The position numbers and the translations under genes were made by a program. A DNA stretch of 64,000 bases from Mobula hypostoma (Eukaryota), in NCBI RefSeq assembly GCF_963921235.1, contig NC_086108.1, positions 40,674,001 through 40,738,000 of the forward strand, given 5' to 3'. The notes under the pieces were generated by a model. It ran no database searches and was not told the DNA's origin. It was given only the letters and a program-made list of their open reading frames with translations. Numbering within the stretch: position 1 is the first letter of the stretch; every line of letters begins with the position of its first letter. Shown piece after piece: positions 40,641-52,840 of this stretch.

Positions 40641-41139
40641 CTTCCCAGTCAGAGCCTCCAGTTTTGTAAAAAAATACACAGGATAATGACTGTGTGGGTG
40701 TTAGGCTGACAGGAGAATGGGTCGGGAGAAAGGGTTGAAGCCATCGTTAAGTTGAGATCAGAGGAACAAGAACGGGAAGATTTGCGACCCCAACATTAGC
40801 TATCTTACTAATATATCTGCGTTACTGGTTTGTGAATGACTAACCTGAGCCCTGAGCGAAATGATGGGGCCGAGCAGCATAGCCTACTCGCGCTGAACTC
40901 GAATTACTTACTGAGGGGAGAAATCTTAATTGCGTTTTAAGTTAATCCTGATGGGATCTAATAGGGTTTAACTAATCACTGGATTTTAAAATGATACTCT
41001 CTAAACCAGGAGGTCTTTAATTTGTTAATGCTCTATGAATCGAAGATCAATTTTTCATCACTACTTTGAGACTCGTTCTCTGGTCCCTCGGTCCCGTTCA
41101 CTCGAAGCTGCTGACTACCCAACCTCATCGCCTAGTCAC

Positions 41140-41338
41140 AAACAAGAGAAAATGTACAGAGGCTGGAAACCCAAGCCACACCCACACACTGCTGGAGGAA
41201 CTCAGCAGGCCAGGCAGCATCCGTGGGAAAGGGTACAGGACCGCTGAAAGGTCTTGGTCCGAAACGTCGACTGTCCTCTTTCCCATGGACGCAGAGAGGC
41301 CCGCTGAGTTCCTCCAGCAGCGTGTGGGTGTTGCTCAT
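41140..41338. mobile_element. Palindromic PLE-derived element
   Basis: Perfect 18-bp inverted arms ctgctggaggaactcagc (41189-41206) / gctgagttcctccagcag (41303-41320). The centre holds the hammerhead 3' half cgaaacgtcgactgt. Confidence 0.85.
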
Positions 41339-41849
41339 ACCCTCTACCTCGTCTTAATTTCATACTGTGAATATTCCTCTTTCTTTAGGGATCACCCCGT
41401 CCTCTGCCTCCATCTATCCTTTGCACAACAGACCCTTGAATCTACCATAGATTCAAGCCATCAACTCATTTCCACTTGGCTGCCCTTGTCTTCTCAAATT
41501 CCTTTATGTAGCCTGTTATCTTACAGTGAATCCTCCAAGTGAGCTTCTGCTTCTGTGCTATTTCCAAAGCAGATCCAAATTCACCAATGGCAAACATCGC
41601 CGTTATAACAAGGAAAATGTACTGCTCCTTGGCCCTAGTTTATCAGCAGACGCTGATAAAATTGGATGCACCATTATTCATTAAGCATTGTATCATTTCT
41701 TAATGCATGTATGCATTTCTAAATGACAATAAAAGAGGACTGAGTGTTCTCATAATCTCTTCTCAACAGCTCTCCCCTTTTGTTAATTTGGAGAGCCTGC
41801 ATATTTGCCTGTCCATACTCATCTATTGTGTCCCAACCAATGAATCACA

Positions 41850-42330
41850 GGAGTCATAGAGCTCAGAGATAGGCCTCATGCTGACCAAAATGTACATCCA
41901 AGCTAGTCCCCGTTGCCAGAATTTTGCTCATGACCTTCTGAAACATTTTCATCTATGTATCGCTCCAAATGTCTTTAAAAGCTGTTATTGTACATGCCTC
42001 AACCACTTCCTCTGGGAGCTTATTGCACATAAATACTACCCTTGGTGTAAAAAAAATGTCCCTCAAATTCTGATTAAATCTTTCCACTCTCACCTTAAAA
42101 CTATGCCTTCTATTTCTTGATTTCTCAACCCTGGGGGAAAAACATTGAGTGTATTCACCATATCTATACCCCTCATGATTATATATGCCCCTGTAAGATC
42201 AGCTCTCAATCTCTTACACTTCAAGGAAAGGAAGCTCTAGCTTATCCAACCTCCCCACGTAACTCAGTCCCACAATCCTGGCAACCTTCTTGTAAATCTT
42301 TTTTGCACTCTTGCCTGTTTAATACCTTAA
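41850..42330 (-). mobile_element. CR1 LINE 3' fragment, apparently within decayed L2-like sequence
   Basis: Antisense CR1 end motifs (aaccacttcctctgggagc, cccctcatgattatatat). The pyrimidine-rich flanks at 41340-41640 and 42350-42990 look L2-like. Confidence 0.7.
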
Positions 42331-43006
42331 ATGTTTTTTTTCACTCATAATGCTTGTTCTTTCTATGTCCTCACTGTCATCTCTGCCTTCACCAAGGATC
42401 TCTCTTTGCTTCCAGCACATCCAATTTAATCATCTGCTTGCTTCACTCAGTAATGTCAATTGAAACGACAGTCAGCATTTACAAATCCTCAAAGGAGACT
42501 CATTGGCTTGTCATCTGCACACACAATCTTTCCACTAGACCTAAATCATCAACATTCAACATCACATGAACAGAAATTTCCTCCAGTCACTTTCTAGGAA
42601 GAAACTAAGATCTTGTTCCCTGTAACAAACTCCATTCCGCATTCATCAGCTCTATCCCTCTCTCCGTTAACTGTGTGAAACTTAACTAGATTGCTCATAA
42701 CCTTGGTGTGATATTTGAATTTTGTATCTCTATTATAACTGTTTATTGCTTCCAACTCCTTGACGTTACCCAGTTCAGTCACTTCCACAGTTCACCTTGA
42801 TGCTGAAACTCAAAACCCTGCCTTAAGGTTTCACTCTCCAATACACATGACTTCTCCCCCCTCATTCTCTCCCCACCTTTTAAAACCTGCCTCTTTCACT
42901 AAATGAAATGCCTTTTGTACTGAAATCTTCTTATTAGGTAGAACATCAATGTTTCTATTTGTTTAGTTACAAGTCTATAACTATTGGTGATCAGTGTTGG
43001 GTCCTT

Positions 43007-43036
43007 TGTGTGCGCATGCATGCATGCGTGCACACA

Positions 43037-43114
<78 letters not shown>
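43007..43114. repeat. (CA)n microsatellite preceded by a (TGCA)n-like palindrome
   Basis: Seen directly: tgtgtgcgcatgcatgcatgcgtg followed by ~80 bp of interrupted CA repeat. Confidence 0.97.
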
Positions 43115-43435
43115 AAATGCTGCTGAAGGAACTCAGCAGGTCAGGCAGCATCCGTGAAGGAAAATGTACAGTCTGTGCTTTGGGTCTATCTGTCTATTAT
43201 CTCCTCCATTATTGTTGCTTTCTCAATGCCTCTCTGTCCCTCCTTCTCCCAGTTTTAATCAGCTGTTGCTGTCAGTACCTTAACACAAAATTGAATTTTA
43301 CTATCTTCAGCTATTGGTCAGAAGCTGATATTTTTGTTTATCATCCAGAGAATAAAGGGCATAGTGGATGTCGTGCTAAATCATATCCAAAATTGCATCA
43401 AAATGGATGTGAAATGCAAGCTTGTTTCTAAAGAA

Positions 43436-43815
43436 AACAAAAACAGAAAATGCCAGAAATGCTCAGCAGATCAGGCAGCAAAATGGAGAGAGAAACAGAA
43501 TTCATACTTCAAGTTGAGGAATGTTGATTTAGAACTGGGCCAGAGAGACGATAGGTTAGTTCTTAGTAATAGAGCTGGAATGGATCGGCTAAAGAGAATA
43601 TATTTGGTAAGGCATCTAGCATAGATGGATATCATTTGTTCCACCCACCCCTCAATCAATCCCTCTACAACTTCAAACTCTCTTGCTTTCCCTCTTTCAC
43701 AGTTCTGCTGAATTGCCCTAGATCTGAAGGATTTACTCTGTGTCTCTTTCCAGAGATGCTGCTTGATCTGTTGTACTTCCATTTTTAAAAATTTTACTTA
43801 AGACTTCTAGCATGT
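43436..43815. mobile_element. Degenerate inverted PLE-terminus pair with ~200 bp spacer
   Basis: aatgctcagcagatcaggcagca at the left and gatgctgcttgatctgttgtacttcca at the right. Confidence 0.6.
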
Positions 43816-43839
43816 TTTTGTTATCATTTGATAATATTT

Positions 43840-44158
43840 GGTTTTACACGAACACCTTTTATGACTCCAGAATCTTCCCAAATTACTTTACAGTTAGTGA
43901 AATACTTAAGAATTTGAGTCACCATGAACACATAACAATTAACTTTCACTCAAGGTCCCAAAAACATGAGTGAAGTAACAACCTGATGAGCTAAACATTG
44001 GCCAGAAGTAAGGAGAAATCCTGCTCCTTTAAGTATCATGGGATCATTGAATTAGTTAACAGATTAACCTCTGTTTTGACTTTGTGCTTGAGAATGCAGC
44101 ACCTAATTCAGTACTGGGATGGGAAAATTAGCCTTACGAGCAGAAGTTGAAATGAACT
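43840..44158 (-). mobile_element. Old Deu-domain SINE
   Basis: aaacattggccagaagtaaggagaaatcctgctc...catgggatc...aatgcagcacctaattcagtactg. Confidence 0.6.
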
Positions 44159-44159
44159 T

Positions 44160-44678
44160 CAGAATTGTGCAAAAGTGTTAAGCACAGATATATATCTAGG
44201 GCGCCTAAAACTTTCGCATAGTACTATAGTAGCTTTATGTATTGCACTGCCGCCGCAAAATAAATCATGACATATGTGAGTGATGATAAACCTGATTCTG
44301 ATATGGGTCTCTGCTGTGTGCTGAGAATGGGAAGGGGGTAGGAAGAGGGGAATCATAGTTGGATAAAGGTGATTGGAGAGGGGCGAGAGTGGGAAGCACC
44401 AGAGGGACATTCTATATTGATCAATAAGCCAATTGTTTGGGATCAAATTACCTTGCCTGGTGACTTAGGGCCGGGTGTGTCTGTACCCACGCCACACCTT
44501 GCCCCTAGCACTCCTTCTCTGCCACCTGTCCCTCACCCCTCCCTCGGTGCTCCACCCTCACCATTTCCAACATCCTTTATAAATTCGCTCTCTGCTCCAT
44601 GTTGACAAATACAGTACTGTGCAAAAGTCTTGGGCACCCTAGTTATATTTATGTGCCTAAGACTTTTGCACAGTACTG
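44160..44678. mobile_element. Composite Tc1/mariner-type MITE
   Basis: The right end 44612-44678 is a TA-flanked hairpin cagtactgtgcaaaagtcttgggcac...gtgcctaagacttttgcacagtactg. The left end 44160-44226 is a degenerate inverted copy. Confidence 0.8.
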
Positions 44679-44800
44679 TATGTAACCCCATTTGGATGGC
44701 ACATTGGTGGCAGGGTTGCTGCCTCACAGTTTCAGCAACCTGATGATGAATCCGACCACTGCTCTTTTTATGCAGCTTTCACATTCACCTTATGGCCACA

Positions 44801-45988
44801 AGACTTGGGGTGTATGGAGTCGCAGGGAGGGGTAGCACCTCTGGTGGGGGAGCATGTCACGACCTTTTCAAGGCGGTTAGTCCAACGTTGGTCCCCAGCT
44901 GGCACTCAGCTCTCACCTGTGGCTCCCCGTAGTTGTTTGCATGCGACAGCGGCCACACCCTGGGCAACGGCTAAACCAGGTGAGGGAAGCCGACGGGTCT
45001 CAAACCCTCGGTGAGATAGGGAGTTGTCTATCCCAGCATGTGAAGACAGACTCCGGCGGATTGAGCGGATGAAACCAATGGAAGGTCTAACGGTCAAGAA
45101 GGCGGTCTCTGCAAGCGTCGTGGAACGTGTAGAGCAGGACAAGACACAGAAGACGTCCTGGTCATCCAGTGCGCCTAATCCCATCGGGAGGAGAGAGAGC
45201 AGCGCGCCGCGCGTGCACAGCCCTCCGGTGAAAAATGATATCGTATCCATTAAATAGGGGCTGTGGACAATTGTGATTTGATGGAGACGGACGTGAAAGC
45301 ACAGAGGAACATTTGGAAAAATTTCTGAAACGCTCGTTTACTGCTGTCATTACTGCATGTTCAGGAATCTTTTGGAGGGAAGGCCTCAAAATCCCCGGCT
45401 TTGTCTGCTGTTGGTGACTGAGATGGAGGTCGAATCGCTCGGATAGAGATGGCGCTCAGTACCCGGTGTCAGAGAGCTGATCAGTGCTCGAAGTTTTCGG
45501 ATGACTGAGAGTCGGACCGTGGTCGGGTATGGCAGGGAGAGTTTTTCTTCCTTCTCCCGTCTGCGTGAGATGTGGGACATTTGAGAGCCTTTGAACTTTT
45601 ACTGTGCTCATGGACTTCTTCATCAAGTTATGGTATTGTTGCACTGTTGTAGCTATATGTTATAATTATGTGGTTTTGTTAGTTTTTTTTTCAGTCTTGG
45701 TCTGTCCTCTGTTTTGTGACATGACACCAGAGGAAATAATGTATCATTTATTAATGCATGCATTACTAAATGACAATAAAAGTGGACTGCGTGTCTTCAT
45801 AATCTAATCATAATCTAATCTTCAGCCATCTCGACTCTGTCTTGCCACTGGATCCAGATGGGAATTGGGAAGAGAGAGTGAGGCTGACACTGCGCAACTC
45901 TCCCTCATCTAAATCCAAATCATGCGCTAGTCTCAACACCATCATAATGGTGTCGAGGTCCTCATCGACGCTGATGATGGACGAACAC
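44801..45988 (+). mobile_element. Non-autonomous retroposon, probably RTE-derived, with 9-bp TSD
   Basis: TSD atggccaca at 44792-44800 and 45989-45997, a structured 5' region and a 3' stem-loop (45932-45957). The RTE affiliation is from resemblance only. Confidence 0.75.
45186..45820 (+). mobile_element. Young CpG-rich non-autonomous retroposon with (taatc)n tail, nested in the previous element
   Basis: Ends aaatgacaataaaagtggactgcgtgtcttcataatctaatc. The same 3' end occurs as a ~70-bp truncated copy at 41686-41758. Confidence 0.75.
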
Positions 45989-46149
45989 ATGGCCACATGG
46001 CTTACCTCTGGGTCCTCCGGTTTCCATGCCAAACTCAAAGGCATGCATTTTAGTGGATTCATTCTCCACTAACTTGCCCCTGGTGCATGCAGGGAGAACA
46101 AAATGACACTGGCATAAAAGGGTGCCTGAAGGTGAGCGTTGTCACTGAG

Positions 46150-47062
46150 TTGCATAGCTGTTTGCTTCATAATATATATGAATGTTTTGGATAGGGATAT
46201 AATAGGTATAAATTTGCAGAGATTTGTGGAGTTATTGACAATGTGGGCAACAGTCAGACAGCAAGGCGGAATTGATGTGTTGGTAAAATGGGCTGAGAAA
46301 TGGCAGATGGTGTTTAATCCTGATAGATATGATGTAATGCAGTTGGGGAGTACTAATGAGGCTAGGAAGTACCCCATGAATGGTAGGGAATGAGGAAGTA
46401 TTGAGGAACAGAGGGACCCAAGTATATAAGTCCAAAGATCCTTGAAGGTAGAAGTGACTGTAAGTAATACATAGAAGGCATAGGAAATGCTGACTATCAT
46501 TAGTCAGGGCAGTGAATACAAACCAAAGGGAAGTTATTCTCCTGCTTTATAACACAATGATCAGACATCAGCAGGAGTACAGCACTGAAGTCACTCCCGG
46601 TAACTCCAGTTTGCCACACTACAGGGAAAATGGGAATGTGCTGGACAGGCAGCTCAACAGGATGTTACCTGGATTGCAGTGACTCATTTCTGAGGAGAGA
46701 CCAGCTCTGTTTTCTCTCAGCTGGAGGAGATTAAGAAGGGATGTGTTTCAGGTACTTAAAATAATGAGGAGTATAGACAGTGAAGGCACCAGGAAATCCT
46801 TCTCTGTGTAAGAAGTAAACAGATTTAGAGGGGATCTGATGAGGACGTAGGGATTATTGTGTACCTGGAATACACTACCAGAGACAGTGGTAGAAGCAGA
46901 GTCAGGGACAGCATGTAAGAGGTGTCTAGACAGGCACATGAATCATCTAGGATTGAAGGCGATAGGGCAAGTGCTGAAAGATGGGATTAATACAGATGGG
47001 TGCCCACTGATTTTTGTGAGTGTGGTGAGCCAAATGGCCTGTTTACCTGCTGTATGACTGTG
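46150..47062 (+). mobile_element. CR1 LINE 3' fragment (decayed RT)
   Basis: Peptide LVKWAEKWQMVFNPDRYDVMQLG, then WNTLPETVVEA, and tail ggcctgtttacctgctgtatgactg. Confidence 0.9.
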
Positions 47063-47819
47063 AAGGAAAGTAACATAAAAGAAAGCAAGAGGTTACATGT
47101 GTTTTTTTTGCACAAAGAAATGTTTTAAATGAGGTCACCCTCCCATTATAGAAGCTTCCATGCTTCTTTACTCCCACTGCCTGCCAAAACACACTGCAGC
47201 CCATACAGAGGAAGAGCTCTTTGTCACCTTTTGCTTTGCCAGTATGTCATTCTGAGGACCAGGGATGTAAAATTCCTGCTCCATAGAGTACGGCGTGATT
47301 GGTGCGCAGTACACAAAATGGACAGGAGTGAATCACAATCCACTTTGTACTTTAGAGTGCCAAACAATCTGCTGGAAGAACTCACCTAGCTGAGCAGCAT
47401 CTATGGGAGGAAGGGACATCTTGAGTTGAAACCCTGCACCAGGATCATTTGATGATTGCTTCAGATTCCTGCATCTGCAGTCTATTGTGTCTTTTTTTCC
47501 AATCAGAAAGGAATTCATGTTGTGTAATGAGCAGGCTGTTCAATTCCTATTATCCCCTTTGAAAAAGCACGATTTCAGATCAATTTCACCTCTGTGATAT
47601 CTTTATTGGAGAAGAAGAGAACCTTTATTCCACCCGGCCATACCAGAAACTCTTGTCCACTGGAGAGGCCTTCCTGCAGGATCTGACAGGCACTGGAAAC
47701 ATGGCACTAAATTCTGTTTACGCTACCTTAACATGACTAATTGTAATAATTCCTAATGCCACAATTCATGAATTCAGCTGAAAGAAGGGGCTAAGTTTAG
47801 AAAAGGAAAAGAAAGATTT

Positions 47820-48170
47820 GCCTCATGTAAGCCAATGAAATGATTTTGAGGCCTAGTCAATGTTGAAATGTTAGGAATGTGATCACCAGCTTTGCATACT
47901 GAAAGATAATCTGTTTTGTCAGAGTTCACTATTGGTCAGAGTGCAGGGGAGAACCTTCTGCTCTTTCAAATAATGGCTGTAGGATTTTTCACTTCCAAAT
48001 GAGAAGACTGATATGTGTACATTTAATTTCTTGAATAAAAGACACTTCCGCAGAGTGACTAGACCTCTCCAATGAGAAGGTCAGTGTCAGCTTAGATTTT
48101 GTGTTCAAATCTCTGCAAGAGAACTCAAACCCGTATCTTGGAACTTGAGAGCAGACTCCTTCTGAATCAA
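47820..48170 (-). mobile_element. Old Deu-domain SINE
   Basis: ggggagaaccttctgctctttcaaataatggctgtaggatttttcacttcca...gtgtcagcttagattttgtgttcaaatctctg...actcaaaccc. Confidence 0.7.
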
Positions 48171-49984
48171 TGTTGATGCATCTGGCAATTGTTGTACTAT
48201 ATTAAGCTTTTAGTAATATAATAAATAGTACAGTACAGTACAATGAAGTTGAACTAATATTCCTTTTTCTGTGCAAATGTTGTAACATCCAGGTCAATTT
48301 AGCACAACTGATCGGCTCAGACAGGGGGAAAAAAAACTTCTTTATTTTGAAGATTGCTGCACAATTGCACAGAAGTGAAGTCAAAACGGTTCTTCTGTGG
48401 TTAGATCTGGCTGCAATAATTGTTTTAATTTGTAATGGTAAAGTTGGCAAGCGTTCCTCTTTGTAATTTGTGCAACTCTTTTAAAATCTCTGGTGATCGT
48501 GGGGGAATGAAGTAATGAGGCACAGGATGAGGTCATGCACCATTATGTAATTATTCCATCATTATCATTAAAGTCAATAGCACTCGTGCACCACTTTGCA
48601 CAAGTCAACTCCTTCTGCAATTTTGCCTCTGTGGTCTTTGCAAAAACTGGATGAAAACTTTCCCTTTAGTGAACTTTATGCAGAATTATGCCAGACTAAT
48701 TGGTAGTGAGGCAACATATGCTACATTCCACTATTCCGGGGGCACAGGAAGCTGAGTGCAGCCAGGTTATATATGGGAGTCAGAGAATGGAAGGAACACT
48801 TTGCCATCTTGAGTTCTCATTTGTTAATCAAGATGATTATTTACAGGTGGAATAGAGCCTTCTGTTTGCCTTAATTGTGTGAATCAATATCTTCTATACC
48901 AGTATAATATTTTCCATTCTCCATTCCACCCAATACAAGAACCCTAGTTAGCCTCAAGCATGAAAAAATCTGTCTTCTACTCTGAATGGTGACAAGTGAA
49001 TGCATTGTAGGTCTGCAAATTTTATGAATAAAGTGTATTTTAAAAACTTTTGATCATGTTTTGTAGTCTTTATGTATGAGTATTAGAAATTTAACTGTGT
49101 GAGACAGCGAGGAGGATTATTTGAAGAAAGGATGAAGAATAAGAAAGGTAAAACAATCTAATATTTTGAGTTTAAGATGTAGTACAGATGCTAGAAAGAA
49201 GGTTGTAGATATTGAAGGAAAGAATGAACAGAAGTAGACACATTGAAGTTCTTAAAATGGTCAGAAATGTAATGTTTGTCTTCAATGTTCAAGCATGGGA
49301 AATGTGTGAAACTAATATTAAGTAAAACTCAAGGGCGCAATAAAGAAAACTCCATAGTAAGTTAATTCACCTGTGTGAATCTCAGATCTAAGATCACTTC
49401 AAAAATTAGGTTGTGATGGAAAAGGAGAAAGAGAGATGTCTTATTCATTCTAGTTTATTAATTAGGGACACCATTATGACCTCAGAAATCAGAGATTTTA
49501 TTACTAGCATTGATCAGATGGAGATTATTTGGGTTAGGATAATAAATAATAAGGAGCCAGTTGAAATCTTGGGGATCACAAACCTTGTTGTCAAAGGTGA
49601 TAGACAAAATACCATCTCATTTTTGATAGTTAATTTTTTTGATGTTAATTAAGATCGAGTTTTGCTTTGTGCATGTAGACACAGAATGAACAATTGATTC
49701 AGGATACATCAGGTTTCAAATCTTATTTCCTCAGATGCCATTTGCCATCAGCATAAGCAATACAACAAGTTTTACAGGAGACACTAGAAACTGCAGATGC
49801 AGGAATATAGACCTTAAAACAAAGCGTTAGAGAAAGTCAGTGGGTCAAGCAGCATTAATGGAGGCAAAAGAATGGTCTGCGTTTTGGATTAGAAACCTGC
49901 ATCAGGAATAGGCCCTTTGGCCGATCATACTTGTTCCAGTTTATGCTAATCCCTGCACACCTGTAAGCACATGGTCTATATCAC

Positions 49985-50485
49985 CCCACAAAAAGAAGTG
50001 GATACAGCCCACTCCAACATACGTCAAGCCCTCCACACCTTTGAGCACATTTACAAGGAGTGCATTGCACCATCCAGGCCATACTCTTTTCTCGATGCCT
50101 CTGTCAGGAAGGAGGTACAGGAGCCACACCACCAGGTTCAGGAACAGTTATTACCCCTCAACCATAAGGCTCTTGAACCATAGACAATAATTCCACTTAC
50201 CCCAACACGGAACTGATTCAACTCTCTATGGACTCACTCTTAAGGACTCTACAACAGGTGTTTTCAATATTTATTCTTTATTCATTATTATTATTGTTTT
50301 TTTTTGTATTTGCATAATTAGTTTTCTTTTGAACATCTTTGTCATGTACGTTTTTTTACTGATTCTCTTGTGTTTCTTTGGATCTACTGTGAATGCCTGC
50401 AAGAAAATGAACCTCAGGTTCATACTGCATATGGTGACATGCAGTATATGTACTTTGATAATAAATTTATTTTGAACTCTGAACG
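49985..50485 (+). mobile_element. Rex1/Babar-type LINE 3' end
   Basis: QKEVDTA...QAL.TFEHIYKEC, then HPGH.LFS..P.SGRRYRS-like sequence, and tail actttgataataaattt...gaactctgaac. Confidence 0.85.
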
Positions 50486-52840
50486 TTACCTTGCCTGTTT
50501 GTGTGCCTGTCTAAATTCCCCTTAAATGTTGCTTTCTATTTCTCTTCCTAATTTTTCCATGAGCACCGGATAGCAGGCACCTACACCCTACTACCTCCAT
50601 GTAAAAAAATGCCTTGCAAATTGTTTTAATCTTTCCTCTTCTATGCCCTTTAGTACTTGACATTTCTGCAGTCAGAAAAAGACTATCTTTGCCTCTCATA
50701 AGTTCATATACAATGTATCAATAAAAATAACAAATGAGCTTTCCAGATACAGTGTCTAAAAGACGTTTGTATTTGTAGGGCTTTTAAGTAGACTGAGGTA
50801 GATTGAGATGACCAAATGCATATAATTTAAAGTGATCTGAATTACATAAAATGTTTTCCTTAACAAAGTTTTATCAGGCAAGAATGTAAAAGAAAATAAA
50901 ATAGAAAATGCTGGAAAATATAGGCCAGTTAGGGAGCATCTGGACAAAGAGAAAAGTTAATATTTCAGATCTATGGCTCTTCATTGGTTTTCCAGCACCT
51001 AGAATGTCATTCTTGAAGAGGTTCCCTGCTCTCTGACAAGACATCTGCCTGTCTCTTTCACCTGATTTCCAACATCTGCGGTTTTGTTTTGATTTTCAAA
51101 TTTAAAAGAATAATTGTCAATAACATAAAAGAAACAGAAAGAGTTAGCATAAACTCAAAGCGTAGGTACCTTAATTGTTTTTGTCAGTTTTTAGACTAAT
51201 TTCAGCTGGATGGGCAATGGTTAGCACAGACTCAATGGGCTGAAGGGCCTGTTCTTGTCTTTCTATGACTGTGAAAACCAGTGGAGGGGGTGGGAGGAAA
51301 GAACTTGTGAAATGGAAACCTTATCATTGAGCCTACAATAAAAAGGTCAAATACTCCAGAACATAGCAATTCTTTTATTCTTTAGAAGAGATTAAAAAAA
51401 GCACAAAATAAACAATCATGCTATTTTACATTACCTGAAATTAGTAAACATTTAAAAAAATATAAATAATCAAATTATGATGAACTGCACGAATTAAAGT
51501 TTTGAACAACGACTGTGCAATTGTGGAGACTGAGATGTTGTAGATTATAACTTTCATAAAATGTATTTCACAAAAGGAGGTACGCAAGAGGCTTGTAGAG
51601 ATGTGAGGATGCACCAGCTTAAAGAGCATCCAGTCCAAGAATGAATAGAGGAGAAAAACTCAGAAGGAGTAAAGGATTGCCGTTGCAATTAGGAGAGCAT
51701 GTTTATAAGTATGCTTCAGAAAGGAGGACCTCTATCTGTTTTCCAGTAAATAACTTGGTTTGATGACAATTTTAATGGTATAATACTGACATTTTCTGAT
51801 CTACCTGATTTCAAGGACATGGTAAAATATGAAGAAGACCCAGGAGGCTGCAAAAGACCATTGCACATTAGCAGAGACCAAGTGTGAAATGAAGATTTTG
51901 GAAAGGAAATGTCTTATCCACAGTAATGGAATGTAACATACAATTAAAAAGAAAAGTGTAAATGATAATATTCTTAGCAGAAGTACAGAGGGAGTTCAGA
52001 ATAAACAAGGAATTAAGAGTGAGGCTGCATTCAGTGAAGCCATTAATGAAAAATGAAGTTCTGAGGCTGATTCATGGTGGTGATATGAAAGGAAGATTGT
52101 ACTCCAATCAATATTTTACTGGGTTCCACTAAGCAATGATGCCATGTGATAAAGGAAGAATGAATGGCCATCACTTATTTAGCTTTTTGCACAACTTCTA
52201 TTGGGATGCATGAAAGCCATTGATCACTTCAGTAAAGTTCAGTAAGCAGGAGAGTAGGTCTGAAAATTTTCACAATGTGAGCTCATACAAACAGCAACGT
52301 AGTAACCACCAGATAACTGATCTTAAATGTCATTGGACGGCTGCGCATTAGACAGGCAATTGCATGCAACTCTCCTTCTCCTATTTGGATTGATATTGGG
52401 AGCAGAAGGAACCTGCCTTCAGGAAGTGTGATTATGGTTATGAAAAAGGCAACAAGTACTGACTCTTTTCTTTCAGTGTGACATTACATGTTAAACAGAA
52501 TCCATTAACTTGTTCAAGGTTTCAAAAGGTTTTGAAGGGGTAATTAGTGAATGATTGTTTCTGCTATTTTAGTATCAAGAGCTTAGAGACTCATGATATT
52601 ACTATAATGATGAAAAGAGAATGTAGAAGGCCTTCTTTAAGAATAGCTTTCCAAAAGTACCTATTGAGGCTGGAATTATGCGGTACTCAAGAGAGAACTT
52701 GATGAGCACTTGAAAAGGGGAAATATAAATAATACAAGGAAACCAGAGGGGTATTGCACTAACACTGGCTAAATGGTTTCATGGCAACCACAAGACACAC
52801 ATTGAAAGGAATGGCAAGACAAAACAGATAGGCTCAGTGA

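Larger units (their letters stand above)
36860..40920. promoter_or_regulatory. CpG-enriched promoter region of an unidentified gene or lncRNA
   Basis: Visible rise in CpG dinucleotides relative to the CpG-depleted flanks, almost no transposons, and several core-promoter motifs. Confidence 0.75.
44695..46090 (+). mobile_element. Old V-domain SINE split by later insertions (parts 44695-44800 and 45989-46090)
   Basis: tRNA-like head gttgctgcctcacag. The V core is interrupted at the duplicated atggccaca and resumes tggcttacctctgggtcctccggtttcc. Confidence 0.7.

Noticed and set aside
42994..43431. His/Thr-repeat ORF
   Set aside because: It is the translation of the CA microsatellite plus a PLE fragment.
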